This document shows, piece after piece, positions 8,488 through 18,084 of a stretch of 32,000 bases of DNA (within the stretch, counting starts at the first letter, position 1; each line of letters starts with the position of its first letter). The notes below the pieces were generated by a model that was not told the origin of the DNA, did not search any database, and saw nothing but the letters and a program-made list of their open reading frames with translations. Made by a program: the position numbers and the translations under genes. Source of the DNA: Raphidiopsis brookii D9 (GTDB taxonomy: Bacteria > Cyanobacteriota > Cyanobacteriia > Cyanobacteriales > Nostocaceae). The stretch covers positions 30,001 to 62,000 of the forward strand of contig ACYB01000006.1 of the NCBI GenBank assembly GCA_000175855.1. Reading direction: 5' to 3'.

Positions 8488-8836
8488 ATGCATCCAGACT
8501 CTTTAGCAACTGAGATAATTTTGACCAGTCCACGGCGGTATCTTGGTAGGTTACAACTTGATTGGGCTCCTCAACCGGGAAATTATTTGGATTTTGAGGG
8601 GAAAACCTATGCCGTTTTAGAACGCCATCACAGGTATCAGTTCCGAACCGGACGCTACAGGTTACACAGGATTGCCATTTATGTTCAAACGGCTAAAAGA
8701 CCATCAGAAAAAAGTTTTAATAAATGGACGTTGGGTAGTGGGGGATGCCAGTTGTAAGTATAATGCCCACTCAGAAATTATTCGTTGTGCTATCAAACCA
8801 GATGGTCCTTGTAATTCCTGTGGTTTTAAGGAATAG
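8488..8836 (+). pseudogene. Conserved cyanobacterial small Cys-rich protein (DUF6464-like, from memory), split by a +1 frameshift in an A6 run at 8708-8713
   Basis: ORF 8488..8757 ends ...KRPSEKSFNKWTLGSGGCQL*. Removing one A from GAAAAAAG gives ...KRPSEKVLINGRWVVGDASCKYNAHSEIIRCAIKPDGPCNSCGFKE*, ending at TAG 8834-8836. That is the Cys-rich tail I associate with this family. The length is 349 nt, i.e. 3n+1. Confidence 0.7.
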
Positions 8837-9821
8837 TTTCTCCCACTGTCAAACGACTACCATTGACAAAATCCCATCCTGACTGAAGTTTTTTGCCTAT
8901 TGGTTGTACCTCTTTCAACCACAAGCAACCCTCCCCAGTTTGGATCACAGCACCCAATCCTTTAATAATACTGAGGACAGACCCTGGCGGTGCTAATTGG
9001 GCGGACAAATCAGGTACTTTCTCAAGTTTGGACTGGATTTCCTTTGGCAACTCCTGAATGTAAGCGGACTCTAGGGGAACAGTGGCAACAATTTTTAAAG
9101 GTTGATGACGAAAGGTGGTGATGCAGTTGGGGTAAAATCCTCGGATCTGATTGTGTAGTTCTATAGCTGTTCTTGACCAGTCTAAATAATAGTCTTCTTT
9201 ATTAATTAGTGATGCGTATGTAGCTAAAGAATCATTTTGAGGAATTGGTGTAATCTCTCCATTTTTAAATTTGGTCAAGGTTTCTATTAATAGGTCTCCA
9301 CCAATTTCAGCTAGTTGATCGGCAATAATTTGAGCATTGTCTAATAGTCCAATTGGTAAGCTGGCCTTTAGGAGCATATCTCCTGTATCCATGCCCGCAT
9401 TCATTAACATAGTTGTCACACCAGTTTTTATTTCTCCTTTATGTATGGACCACTGAATGGGGGCAGCACCTCTATATTCCGGTAAAATTGAACCATGTAC
9501 ATTAATACAACCTAATTTTGGCATGTTAAGGATTTTTGTAGATAGAATTTGCCCATAAGCAACTACTACAAAGAAATCCGCATTAAGTCCCCTTAGTTTA
9601 GTCAATGTCCCAGAATCTTTTTTAATTCTTTCTGGTTGCCATACAATTAGATTATGAGCCTTAGCCAAGGTTTTAACTGGAGAGGGTGTAAGTTGATTCC
9701 CCCTTTCTCTGCGTTTATCCGGTTGGGTGATAACTGCTAAAACCTGAAATCTAGAATCATTCAACAACTTTTTTAAGGTGGGAATAGCAAAATTAGGAGT
9801 CCCAAAAAACACTATTTTCAT
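8826..9821 (-). CDS. fmt: Methionyl-tRNA formyltransferase
   Basis: Reads MKIVFFGTPNFAIPTLKKLL, NVHGSILPEYRGAAPIQWSI and TGVTTMLMNAGMDTGDML. The track ORF extends to 9890, but MKIVFFGTP at 9821 is the canonical Fmt N-terminus. The 3' end overlaps the convergent Cys-rich gene by 11 nt. Confidence 0.9.
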   Translation of the reverse strand: MKIVFFGTPNFAIPTLKKLLNDSRFQVLAVITQPDKRRERGNQLTPSPVKTLAKAHNLIVWQPERIKKDSGTLTKLRGLNADFFVVVAYGQILSTKILNMPKLGCINVHGSILPEYRGAAPIQWSIHKGEIKTGVTTMLMNAGMDTGDMLLKASLPIGLLDNAQIIADQLAEIGGDLLIETLTKFKNGEITPIPQNDSLATYASLINKEDYYLDWSRTAIELHNQIRGFYPNCITTFRHQPLKIVATVPLESAYIQELPKEIQSKLEKVPDLSAQLAPPGSVLSIIKGLGAVIQTGEGCLWLKEVQPIGKKLQSGWDFVNGSRLTVGETIP

Positions 9822-9930
9822 CGAAGATTGGTTAATTTTGGTAAAGTGATGCAAAATATCTGGCGTTGTAACACCCCGTCGAGTTATCATTTTTCATAAC
9901 ATTTGTACTCTTCCTTGCCCAGCACCTTAG

Positions 9931-11193
9931 ATGTCATTAAGAGTAAAAGCCATGCTTGAATCCCTACCTCAGTCAGGATGGTTCCACGCCCATCCGCGTT
10001 TTAATCGAGTTGTAGTTGTTATACTAATAATATCACCTATCTTGGGTACATCAGCCTATTTTAACCTAGCAGGACAATCACAAGTAAAAATAGAGAAAAG
10101 TACCTTAGAATCGAGCGGGTCTCAAGATTTCTCTGGATTTAATTCCCCATCGGCCAAATTGGGCGCCACTTTACCGATCATCCAGACACCTACACCTAAT
10201 AGAAGTAGTTTTGTGTTTTCCCAAGCTAAAATCCCTAACAACAAACCAGATGGAATGAAGCTAGACACAGAAAATATGGTAAGCGTGAAGGAGATGGAAA
10301 AAGGCACCGGTACTAAAATAAATAGATCCCCTATATATGATAAGGGGATTAATCATCCGAAAAGTAAACCTTATCCAGATCAAAGTAGTGCTACGAGTGT
10401 AATCCCTTCTAGTGCAGGAAGTCCACAAGTATATTTAGAAAGTGCACCTCAAATTTTACCCACAGAAGAGCAGGTAAGCATACCCAACGAAGTGCCAACA
10501 GACCCCATGAATAGTCCCCATCCCATACCCTGGAAGTGGATCGTAATGACCCAGGAAGCAATTGGTGGTCAGGGACGTTCAGGAGTGCGCCAATATCGCA
10601 GCTCTCCTCTGGTATCTCCTGATGGTAGATATGCGGTTTATAGCCGGGTACAACTGGAAGTAGAACCGGAAATGTACAATAGCCAGGTTAGTAGTATGTT
10701 GTTTATTGAAGATAGACAGACTACAAGATTGAATGTCCTGACTAAAACATTAGACACTGTTGATATGTTATCAGACAATGGAAAATCCACCCCACAGATC
10801 AACAACCAAGGTAAGATAGAGATTTTAGTCCCTGTTAGTTGGTCAGAAAAAGGGGATCGGTTTTTGGCCAGGAAATTTGTGGGCACTTTCAACACAGCAG
10901 ATGTAACAGATAATGCAGTAATTTGGGATCGCCAACAAAATACAACCACCACAGTAGTTCCCCCTCAAGGAGCAGGGGATCATGAGAAAATTGCCATTTT
11001 ATTGGGTTGGAGCAAAAAACAACCCAATTATGTGCTGTTCCGCTCAGGTGAGTTAGGAGAAGAAAAATGGCCACTAGTACAAGTTAGTGGTGATGGTAAG
11101 AATGTTAATATGAGCATTAGTGATGATCAACCCATAACTTTTGGTAATAAAAGACAAAATATTTGGTCGGATCCTGAAATTGCTGCTAAATGA
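9931..11193 (+). CDS. Hypothetical membrane-anchored protein (420 aa): one N-terminal TM, Pro/Ser-rich linker, conserved-looking C-terminal domain
   Basis: TM helix VVVVILIISPILGTSAYF. A low-complexity P/S/Q-rich stretch covers roughly residues 60-200. The C-terminal ~220 aa contain SPDGRYAVYSRV, reminiscent of TolB/PD40-type beta-propeller strands. The long ORF has no competing frame. Confidence 0.6.
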   Translation: MSLRVKAMLESLPQSGWFHAHPRFNRVVVVILIISPILGTSAYFNLAGQSQVKIEKSTLESSGSQDFSGFNSPSAKLGATLPIIQTPTPNRSSFVFSQAKIPNNKPDGMKLDTENMVSVKEMEKGTGTKINRSPIYDKGINHPKSKPYPDQSSATSVIPSSAGSPQVYLESAPQILPTEEQVSIPNEVPTDPMNSPHPIPWKWIVMTQEAIGGQGRSGVRQYRSSPLVSPDGRYAVYSRVQLEVEPEMYNSQVSSMLFIEDRQTTRLNVLTKTLDTVDMLSDNGKSTPQINNQGKIEILVPVSWSEKGDRFLARKFVGTFNTADVTDNAVIWDRQQNTTTTVVPPQGAGDHEKIAILLGWSKKQPNYVLFRSGELGEEKWPLVQVSGDGKNVNMSISDDQPITFGNKRQNIWSDPEIAAK

Positions 11194-11472
11194 ACAATCG
11201 ATTAATAATCAATATCAAGCATCAAATCTGGTATTCTTGATCCCCGGTGATCAAAACCGGGGTTAGTAGCTGAATAACCTTTTCTATCCTGTCTCTAACT
11301 GGGAGTTCTTGTTCAAGCAATGGTTAGCGCAATCTGCCCAGAGCAAACGTAAGTACTAAAGACGATTTTTTTGGAAGATAAACCGCTAACTTCCCTCTAC
11401 ATATATTTGAGCATTATTGCCTAGATATGCGTAGATTTTTACAAGCGGTGGGAACATGGGAACAGTTTAAAA

Positions 11473-12663
11473 TCAAATTAACCAACCTTTTAAACGTTTA
11501 GCAATATGAGGGCGACGCAATTTTCGCATGGCTTTACTTTGAATTTGACGCACCCGCTCGCGAGAAAGATTAAAGATATTTCCTACTTCTTCCAGGGTGC
11601 AAGGTTCACTGGTTGTTAATCCATAACGCAGGGAAATTACGTCCTTTTCCCTAGAAGTAAGTACATCACCTAAAACCTCCCATATCTCCTGACGCATCAT
11701 GTTTTCATTCATTTTAGCTTCTGGAGATTGGTTGTCCTCATCTTCTAATAGATCCATTAATTCCGTATCTTCCTCCTTACCTACACGATGGTTTAAAGAA
11801 AGTGCTTGACGACGCAATTGTTGTAATTGACGAAGTTGTTGAACTGTCATTTCCAAGAATTCCGCCATTTCCGCTTCCGTTGGGTTACGAGCAAATTTTT
11901 GTTTCAGTTCCCTTTGAGCTTTTTTCAGCTTGTTGAGTTTTTCTACAATATGAATCGGTAGTCGAATGGTTCTAGCATCATTGGCTATTGCCCGTGTAAT
12001 AGCTTGTCTGATCCACCAATAAGCATAAGTTGAGAACTTGTATCCCTTGTCGGGGTCAAACTTCTCTGTGGCGCGATTTAGCCCCATTGCTCCTTCTTGA
12101 ATTAGATCTAGAAAAGGCACTCCCCTATTTAAATATCGTTTGGCAATAGATACTACTAATCTCAGATTAGAGCGAATCATTTTCCGCTTGGCCACTCTTC
12201 CCTGATACAGTCGGTTTTCTAATTGTTTCTCATTTAGATCAAACTTGTTGGCTATTTCACCTTTAGTGGCACTGTGACCAAATTGTTCTTCTAAGGCAGC
12301 TTGCAAATCCTTAACTTCTTCTAAGAATCTTACTCGATGGGCCAATTCCACTTCTTCATCAGGTTTGAGTAGGGGGTAACGGGCCATTTCCTTAAAAAAT
12401 GCTCCCACAGCATCATCATGTTCGGTTTTATTATATCCCGAAGGACGGACGGCAGCCATTTCATCCCCATCTCGCTCATCTGATTCCAAATTTTCCAAAA
12501 TTGAGGAATCTTCAAGTACTACCGCTTCTAAACCATCTAGTGATGGTTCTTCATGTTCGACAGCATTATCCAGTATTTCCATCGTTCCCAAGTCAGCAAG
12601 ATTCATAGGTTCCTTTCGGGATAGTTGCTTTGTTTGGTACATAATTAATTGACGGCTGCTCAT
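11473..12663 (-). CDS. RNA polymerase sigma-70 family factor (RpoD-like; group-2-like by sequence)
   Basis: Region 2 reads SNLRLVVSIAKRYLNRGVPFLDLIQEGAMGLNRATEKFDPDKGYKFSTYAYWWIRQAITRAI. Region 3 reads IRLPIHIVEKLNKLKK. Region 4.2 reads TLEEVGNIFNLSRERVRQIQSKAMRKLR. The N-terminus is acidic. The likely true start is MNLADLG at 12606, preceded by AAGGAA; 12663 is the longest ORF. Confidence 0.9.
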   Translation of the reverse strand: MSSRQLIMYQTKQLSRKEPMNLADLGTMEILDNAVEHEEPSLDGLEAVVLEDSSILENLESDERDGDEMAAVRPSGYNKTEHDDAVGAFFKEMARYPLLKPDEEVELAHRVRFLEEVKDLQAALEEQFGHSATKGEIANKFDLNEKQLENRLYQGRVAKRKMIRSNLRLVVSIAKRYLNRGVPFLDLIQEGAMGLNRATEKFDPDKGYKFSTYAYWWIRQAITRAIANDARTIRLPIHIVEKLNKLKKAQRELKQKFARNPTEAEMAEFLEMTVQQLRQLQQLRRQALSLNHRVGKEEDTELMDLLEDEDNQSPEAKMNENMMRQEIWEVLGDVLTSREKDVISLRYGLTTSEPCTLEEVGNIFNLSRERVRQIQSKAMRKLRRPHIAKRLKGWLI

Positions 12664-13107
12664 TTGATTTGATAATAGTTAGTTTTCTGTCAGTATTCAG
12701 CTAACGGCGGTTAGCCATTTTCTTGAGTCAATAATTCTGATCGGATCATTTAGTTAATAGCCATTTAATAATAATTCTCACTCCTAATCGCTCATTTTTA
12801 CTCCTGAACTCTTATTTGTTTCCTATTTATATCCATACCAACTCTCAATGATTGACGCAACTTTTTTGTTCTTGCTCCCTACCCCCTTATTTTTATTGGT
12901 TAACAAGTGATAAGCTGATATGAAATTGTTATAATCTCGACTTGTATTGTTTCAACACTTAAACAAACATAGTTACCCTAAATAACCACTCATAAATTAA
13001 TCCTATCCTTAATCTTCTTTATTCTGGGCAAAATGTGTCAAACTCCCTGGGACATAATCAATGTTAAGGGAAATAACAGTGCCATCTACAATACTTATCG
13101 GTTGAAT

Positions 13108-13133
13108 TTTCATGTAGTTTCATCTGGTTTCAT
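13108..13133. repeat. Three TTTCAT hexamers phased at exactly 10 bp (TTTCATGTAG TTTCATCTGG TTTCATCAGT)
   Basis: Read directly: TTTCAT occurs at 13108, 13118 and 13128. The site is in the middle of the 911-bp sigma-factor/priA divergent intergenic region. Confidence 0.6.
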
Positions 13134-13299
13134 CAGTTCAGTGTGGTTTTTTAGGATTTACATGCAGTCAACTTAAGTCCACTTCCAAATTACAGAAATC
13201 ATGACTTTCAATCCGGACAATATTCATTGACCAAAGCATGTCACATAAAAAAAACCTGCATATCTATCAAGAGGTGGAAAACCATACCACTTATTGAGT

Positions 13300-13365
13300 A
13301 AATAAAAGATAAATAAAAATTAAATAAAAATTAAATAAAAATCAAACCAAAAACAACAAAACTGA
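13300..13365. repeat. 11-bp A-tract tandem repeat (4 near-perfect + 2 degenerate units), predicted intrinsically bent DNA
   Basis: Units are AAATAAAAGAT AAATAAAAATT AAATAAAAATT AAATAAAAATC AAACCAAAAAC AACAAAACTGA. The A-tracts recur once per ~11 bp, about one helical turn. Confidence 0.8.
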
Positions 13366-13574
13366 GGATTTAATATTTAATATACTCATTTTTAGAAAAT
13401 GATATTGACTCTAAGGTAGAAATTAATTCTGTGATTCAACCCTATAGGATTGACATTATTAAGTATTAGGAGTGAAAAAAGTATTGCCAAATACTGTTTA
13501 CCTGTAGTAAACTAGAAGGTGGCATGTAGGTAATCCCAGGGGTTTTACCCCGAGATCATCCCATTCGATATCTA

Positions 13575-16247
13575 TTGAAAAAGCCGAAAATTATGTATAT
13601 TCAGCAATCTCGGGCATTAACTTTATTTTCTCTTGTGGCCGCCGAACACAAAACAGCATACAAAACCACAACAAACCCTTACCCCTGGATTGAGGTGTTG
13701 GTAGATCTGCCAAAAATTTCACAACCTGCTAGAAACAAAAATCGGCAAAATAAATTATCCCCTAATACACTGGAGCAAAACCAGATAGTGACAGATACAA
13801 TCTTAGAACAAGATATATTAAATGAAGGAGGTGAACCAGAAGAATTTATTAAGGAAGAAACAGATTATCAAAATTTATTGATCTATCAAATACCAGAAAC
13901 CTTAAACATTAACCCAGGAGATATTTTAACTGTTCCCTGGGGAACACAACAGTTAGGAGCAATAGCAATTCGCTTACTATCTCAACTACCATCAGGAATA
14001 CCACTGGAAAAAGTTAGGGAGGTAAAAGATATAGTTAGCAAAGAATTTTTCCCTCGGACTTATTGGGAATTACTTGGTCGTATTGCTACCTATTACTATA
14101 CACCCTTGATTAAAGTAATTCGGGTGGCATTACCACCAGGAATATTGGAGCGATCGCAAAGTCGTTTGCGGCTAAAACGGGAAAATATCCCCCCAGGAGG
14201 GGAGGAATTTTTAGGTTCCCAAGCTGCTCGGGAAATTCTGAAAGTATTGCAGTCCCAACCTGATGGGGACTACAGTTTTCAGTATCTCAAGCGTCAGGTA
14301 CGGGGTTTTGACAGGGGTAAAAAACAATTACTAGATAGAAATTGGGTGGAAAGTTACTTTAAACTCACACAATCAAAGCCACAGACCCAATTAGCAGTTA
14401 CTTTGGTGGATCATGGAAGAGAATTGAGTTTGACCAAACGACAACGGGAAATTTTAAACCTCTTGGCAGATCATGGGGGTGAGTTATGGTTAACAGCGTG
14501 TGTGGAAATTTGTAAAACCACACCACCTACATTAAGATTGTTGGAAAAACTAGGTTGTGTGGTAATTGAAGAGCAGGAAAGATTACGTAGGGAACAAGGG
14601 CCCAAAATGGGCAAGGACCAGGCTAAAACCCTAACCCCAGATCAATCTCAAGCTCTGGAAGCTATTATAGCAGCAAAGGGGTTTAATAAAATTTTGTTAC
14701 ATGGGGTCACGGGTTCAGGAAAAACAGAAGTATATCTACAAGCGATCGCCCCTTTGCTAGGGGAGGGAAAATCCGCTCTAGTCTTAGTACCGGAAATTGG
14801 ATTGACACCCCAACTAACGGATAGATTTCGGGCTCGGTTTGGGAATAAGGTTCAGGTTTACCATAGCAACCTTTCCCGAGGAGAGCGTTATGATACCTGG
14901 CGACAAATGTTTACTGGCAGCTCCCAAGTAGTGATTGGAACTAGAAGCGCCGTTTTCTCTCCCTTACCTAATCTAGGAATAATTATTTTAGATGAAGAAC
15001 ATGATAGTAGTTTTAAACAAGACTCTCGAATTCCCACCTATCATGCGCGCACAGTAGCCCAGTGGCGTGCAGAATTGGAAAATTGCCCCCTGATTTTGGG
15101 GTCAGCTACTCCTTCCCTAGAAACCTGGGTGGATGTTACATTACCCCCCTCTCCAACTCATAATCAATATCTATCTCTTCCTCAACGTATCAATTCTAAA
15201 CCTCTACCACCAATAGAAATTGTGGATATGCGTCAAGAGTTGAAACAGGGAAATCGCTCTATGTTCAGTAGAACCTTAGAACAAGCACTACAAGAATTAA
15301 AGGGTAAAGGACAACAAGGAATATTATTTATCCACCGCCGGGGACATAGTACATTTGTTTCTTGTCGCAGTTGTGGATATGTTTTAGAATGTCCTAACTG
15401 TGATGTTTCCTTGGCTTATCATCATCTGGAAGCAGGGGGACCAGAACTATTAAAATGTCATTATTGCAATTACGGGCGATCGCACCCTAAACTGTGTCCA
15501 GAATGCGGGTCTCCCTACCTGAAATTTTTTGGTAGTGGGACCCAGAAAATAGTGCAGGAAATAAATCGACAATTTCCCGATTTGCAAGTGATCCGTTTTG
15601 ATAGCGACACTACTCGTAATAAGGGGTCCCATCGTAAACTATTAGATCAATTTGCTAAAGGTGAAGCGGACCTATTAGTAGGAACCCAGATGCTCACAAA
15701 AGGGTTAGATTTACCTCAGGTGACCTTAGTGGGGGTGGTAGCAGCGGATGGACTACTACATTTATCAGATTACAGAGCAAGTGAACGAGCTTTTCAAACC
15801 TTGACCCAGGTTGCAGGGAGAGCGGGAAGGGGAGAAGAATCGGGGAGGGTGATTATTCAAACCTACACGCCAGAACATGCGGTAATTGCTGCGGTGCAAA
15901 ACCATGACTACCAGTCTTTTTGTCGTGCTGAATTGGCCCAAAGAGATGCTTTAAGTTATCCCCCCTGTGGGAGGCTAATCTTATTGAGATTAACCAGTTT
16001 AGATCCTATACAAGTACAGAATACGGCTCAAATCATTGCCACAACCTTCCCTCACCAACCAGGACTAGAAATACTAGGACCAGCTCCAGCTAGTATTTTG
16101 AGGGTGGCTAATCGTTATCGTTGGCAGATATTATTAAAATTTGCCCCTAATATCCTACCACAAATGCCAGACTGGGGACAAATTTTTCAACTGTGTCCAC
16201 CGGGTGTTAGTCTGACAATTGATGTAGACCCTCTTAATATAATTTAA
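13575..16247 (+). CDS. priA: Primosomal protein N' (replication restart helicase PriA)
   Basis: Walker A LLHGVTGSGKTEVYLQAI. DExH-type box IILDEEHDSSFKQ. Zn-finger cluster CRSCGYVLECPNCDVSLAYHH...LKCHYCNYGRSHPKLCPECGS. Motif VI QVAGRAGRG. The track start at 13575 is TTG; ATG at 13593 (MYIQQSR) or further downstream is more likely. Confidence 0.9.
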   Translation: MKKPKIMYIQQSRALTLFSLVAAEHKTAYKTTTNPYPWIEVLVDLPKISQPARNKNRQNKLSPNTLEQNQIVTDTILEQDILNEGGEPEEFIKEETDYQNLLIYQIPETLNINPGDILTVPWGTQQLGAIAIRLLSQLPSGIPLEKVREVKDIVSKEFFPRTYWELLGRIATYYYTPLIKVIRVALPPGILERSQSRLRLKRENIPPGGEEFLGSQAAREILKVLQSQPDGDYSFQYLKRQVRGFDRGKKQLLDRNWVESYFKLTQSKPQTQLAVTLVDHGRELSLTKRQREILNLLADHGGELWLTACVEICKTTPPTLRLLEKLGCVVIEEQERLRREQGPKMGKDQAKTLTPDQSQALEAIIAAKGFNKILLHGVTGSGKTEVYLQAIAPLLGEGKSALVLVPEIGLTPQLTDRFRARFGNKVQVYHSNLSRGERYDTWRQMFTGSSQVVIGTRSAVFSPLPNLGIIILDEEHDSSFKQDSRIPTYHARTVAQWRAELENCPLILGSATPSLETWVDVTLPPSPTHNQYLSLPQRINSKPLPPIEIVDMRQELKQGNRSMFSRTLEQALQELKGKGQQGILFIHRRGHSTFVSCRSCGYVLECPNCDVSLAYHHLEAGGPELLKCHYCNYGRSHPKLCPECGSPYLKFFGSGTQKIVQEINRQFPDLQVIRFDSDTTRNKGSHRKLLDQFAKGEADLLVGTQMLTKGLDLPQVTLVGVVAADGLLHLSDYRASERAFQTLTQVAGRAGRGEESGRVIIQTYTPEHAVIAAVQNHDYQSFCRAELAQRDALSYPPCGRLILLRLTSLDPIQVQNTAQIIATTFPHQPGLEILGPAPASILRVANRYRWQILLKFAPNILPQMPDWGQIFQLCPPGVSLTIDVDPLNII

Positions 16248-16372
16248 AATTGCCTCCCCGGTGGAGTTGACTGGGAAATATACCAGCTTAAAAAATCCAT
16301 AAATATCCAGAAAGTAGTAAAACAGAAATGATTGAGTAATGGAAACACAAATAAGTTCAAAAATACGTAGTT

Positions 16373-18055
16373 ATGCAAAGTGTCTTACAAATCCTTATCA
16401 TTCTGGGAATTGTCGTACTAATTACTCCCATCTTGGGTAAGTACATAGCCGGTATTTTTCTAGAACAGTCAACAATCCTCGATGGTCTTCTCAACCCCGT
16501 AGAAAAGATTATATATCTGGTCTGCGGAGTCAATAAGAAACAGGAGATGACTGTGGGACAGTATATTAAATCTGTTCTTGTCAGTAACTTTATAATGGGG
16601 ATAAGTGCATATATTCTTATTTCATTTCAGCAACTGCTGCCTTGGAACCCCAACAACCTAAATGCACCAAGATGGGACACCATATTACACACCGCCATAT
16701 CCTTCCTAACTAATACTAATCAGCAACACTACATACCGGAAACAACACTAAGCCATTTTAGTCAAACAGCAGCACTAGGTTTTTTAATGTTCACCTCAGC
16801 AGCTACTGGATTAGCAGTGGGAATAGCATTTATTAAGGGATTAACCGGAAGAAAACTGGGCAATTTTTACATTGATCTTATTCGTGCCATCACCAGAATC
16901 TTATTACCCATAAGCATAATTGGGGCGATCGCCTTGGTAGCATTAGGAGTGCCAGAAACCCTGGAGGGAACATTGGTGGTCAAGACATTGGAAGGGAGAA
17001 CCCAATATATAACCAGGGGTCCAGTTGCTTCCTTTGAGATGATCAAAATGATAGGACAAAATGGAGGGGGCTTTTTTGCTGCCAACTCGGCCCATCCCTT
17101 TGAAAACCCGAACAGTGTTTCCAATCTAATAGAAACCATAGCCATGATTATCATACCAGCATCGCTCATACATAGCTACGGCGTATTTGCCAACAATTTG
17201 AAACAAAGTTGGTTACTATTTTGGATGGTATTCCTAATATTTGTGGTTTTTATCTGGGTGACAGTGGCAGGTGAAATGCAGGGAAATTACTTAGCCAACC
17301 AAATTATAGGTATAGAAATACCCAATTTGGAGGGTAAAGAAATGAGATTTGGAGTAGGAGAAACCGCATTATGGGCGGTGATAACAGCTACTACTATGAC
17401 TGGAGCAGTGAACGGGATGCTGGATTCATTTATGCCCCAGGGGATATTTTGTAACCTATCAAGCCTATTTCTCCAAATGGTTTGGGGTGGACAGGGAACA
17501 GGTACGGCTAACCTATTCATTTATTTAATCTTGACTGTATTTATCACAGGCCTAATGGTAGGAAAGACACCGGAATTTTGGGGGCGTAAAATTGAACAGC
17601 GGGAAATATTTTTAGCCAGCGTGATCCTATTGATTCATCCCATTATCGTTTTAGTTCCCAGTGCCATTGCTTTGGCCTACCCCAACTCCCTCTCAGGAAT
17701 CAGTAACCCGGGATTTCATGGTATTTCCCAGGTAGTTTATGAATATGCTTCAGCTTCAGCTAACAATGGTTCAGGACTGGAGGGACTACAAGATAATACA
17801 TTATGGTGGAACCTAAGCACTAGTTTAACCATTTTACTAGGGCGTTACGTTCCCATCATAGCCATGTTGCTATTAGCCAACAGTATGTCTAGCAAATCAA
17901 CAGTTCCCCAAACCCATAGTACCTTGAGAACTGATTCAGTAATGTTTACCACCATTACAGCCTGTTTAACCATGATTCTAACCCTACTTACCTTTTTCCC
18001 CGTTCTAGTCTTAGGTCCGGTGGCGGAGGGTTTAAATCTGGTATCTGGAAACTAG
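16373..18055 (+). CDS. kdpA: Potassium-transporting ATPase subunit A (K+ channel-like subunit)
   Basis: 560 aa and polytopic. Reads [26 protein letters not shown] and SANNGSG, the KdpA selectivity-filter-like segments. It sits immediately upstream of kdpB and kdpC. Confidence 0.95.
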   Translation: MQSVLQILIILGIVVLITPILGKYIAGIFLEQSTILDGLLNPVEKIIYLVCGVNKKQEMTVGQYIKSVLVSNFIMGISAYILISFQQLLPWNPNNLNAPRWDTILHTAISFLTNTNQQHYIPETTLSHFSQTAALGFLMFTSAATGLAVGIAFIKGLTGRKLGNFYIDLIRAITRILLPISIIGAIALVALGVPETLEGTLVVKTLEGRTQYITRGPVASFEMIKMIGQNGGGFFAANSAHPFENPNSVSNLIETIAMIIIPASLIHSYGVFANNLKQSWLLFWMVFLIFVVFIWVTVAGEMQGNYLANQIIGIEIPNLEGKEMRFGVGETALWAVITATTMTGAVNGMLDSFMPQGIFCNLSSLFLQMVWGGQGTGTANLFIYLILTVFITGLMVGKTPEFWGRKIEQREIFLASVILLIHPIIVLVPSAIALAYPNSLSGISNPGFHGISQVVYEYASASANNGSGLEGLQDNTLWWNLSTSLTILLGRYVPIIAMLLLANSMSSKSTVPQTHSTLRTDSVMFTTITACLTMILTLLTFFPVLVLGPVAEGLNLVSGN

Positions 18056-18084
18056 TTAATCCCTTTAAGCCCAACTCCTCACCT

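Noticed and set aside
9822-9890. 23-codon N-terminal extension of fmt (MITRRGVTTPDILHHFTKINQSS)
   Set aside because: The canonical Fmt N-terminus MKIVFFGTP starts at 9821. The extension has no counterpart in Fmt proteins that I know.
11241-11261. CCCCGG-n9-CCGGGG hairpin as terminator of the 420-aa gene
   Set aside because: It has only a 6-bp stem and no following T-tract. It is possible but not supportable as a called feature.
13300-13365. Possible CRISPR-like or minisatellite array
   Set aside because: The unit is only 11 bp with no spacers and is pure A/T. It is better explained as a phased A-tract tandem repeat.
16248-16372. KdpF-type peptide or a c-di-AMP (ydaO-type) riboswitch in the kdp leader
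   Set aside because: The only small ORF (ATG 16339, 33 codons, [15 protein letters not shown]...) is hydrophilic and overlaps the kdpA start out of frame. The 125-bp leader is too short, and I see no conserved riboswitch helices.
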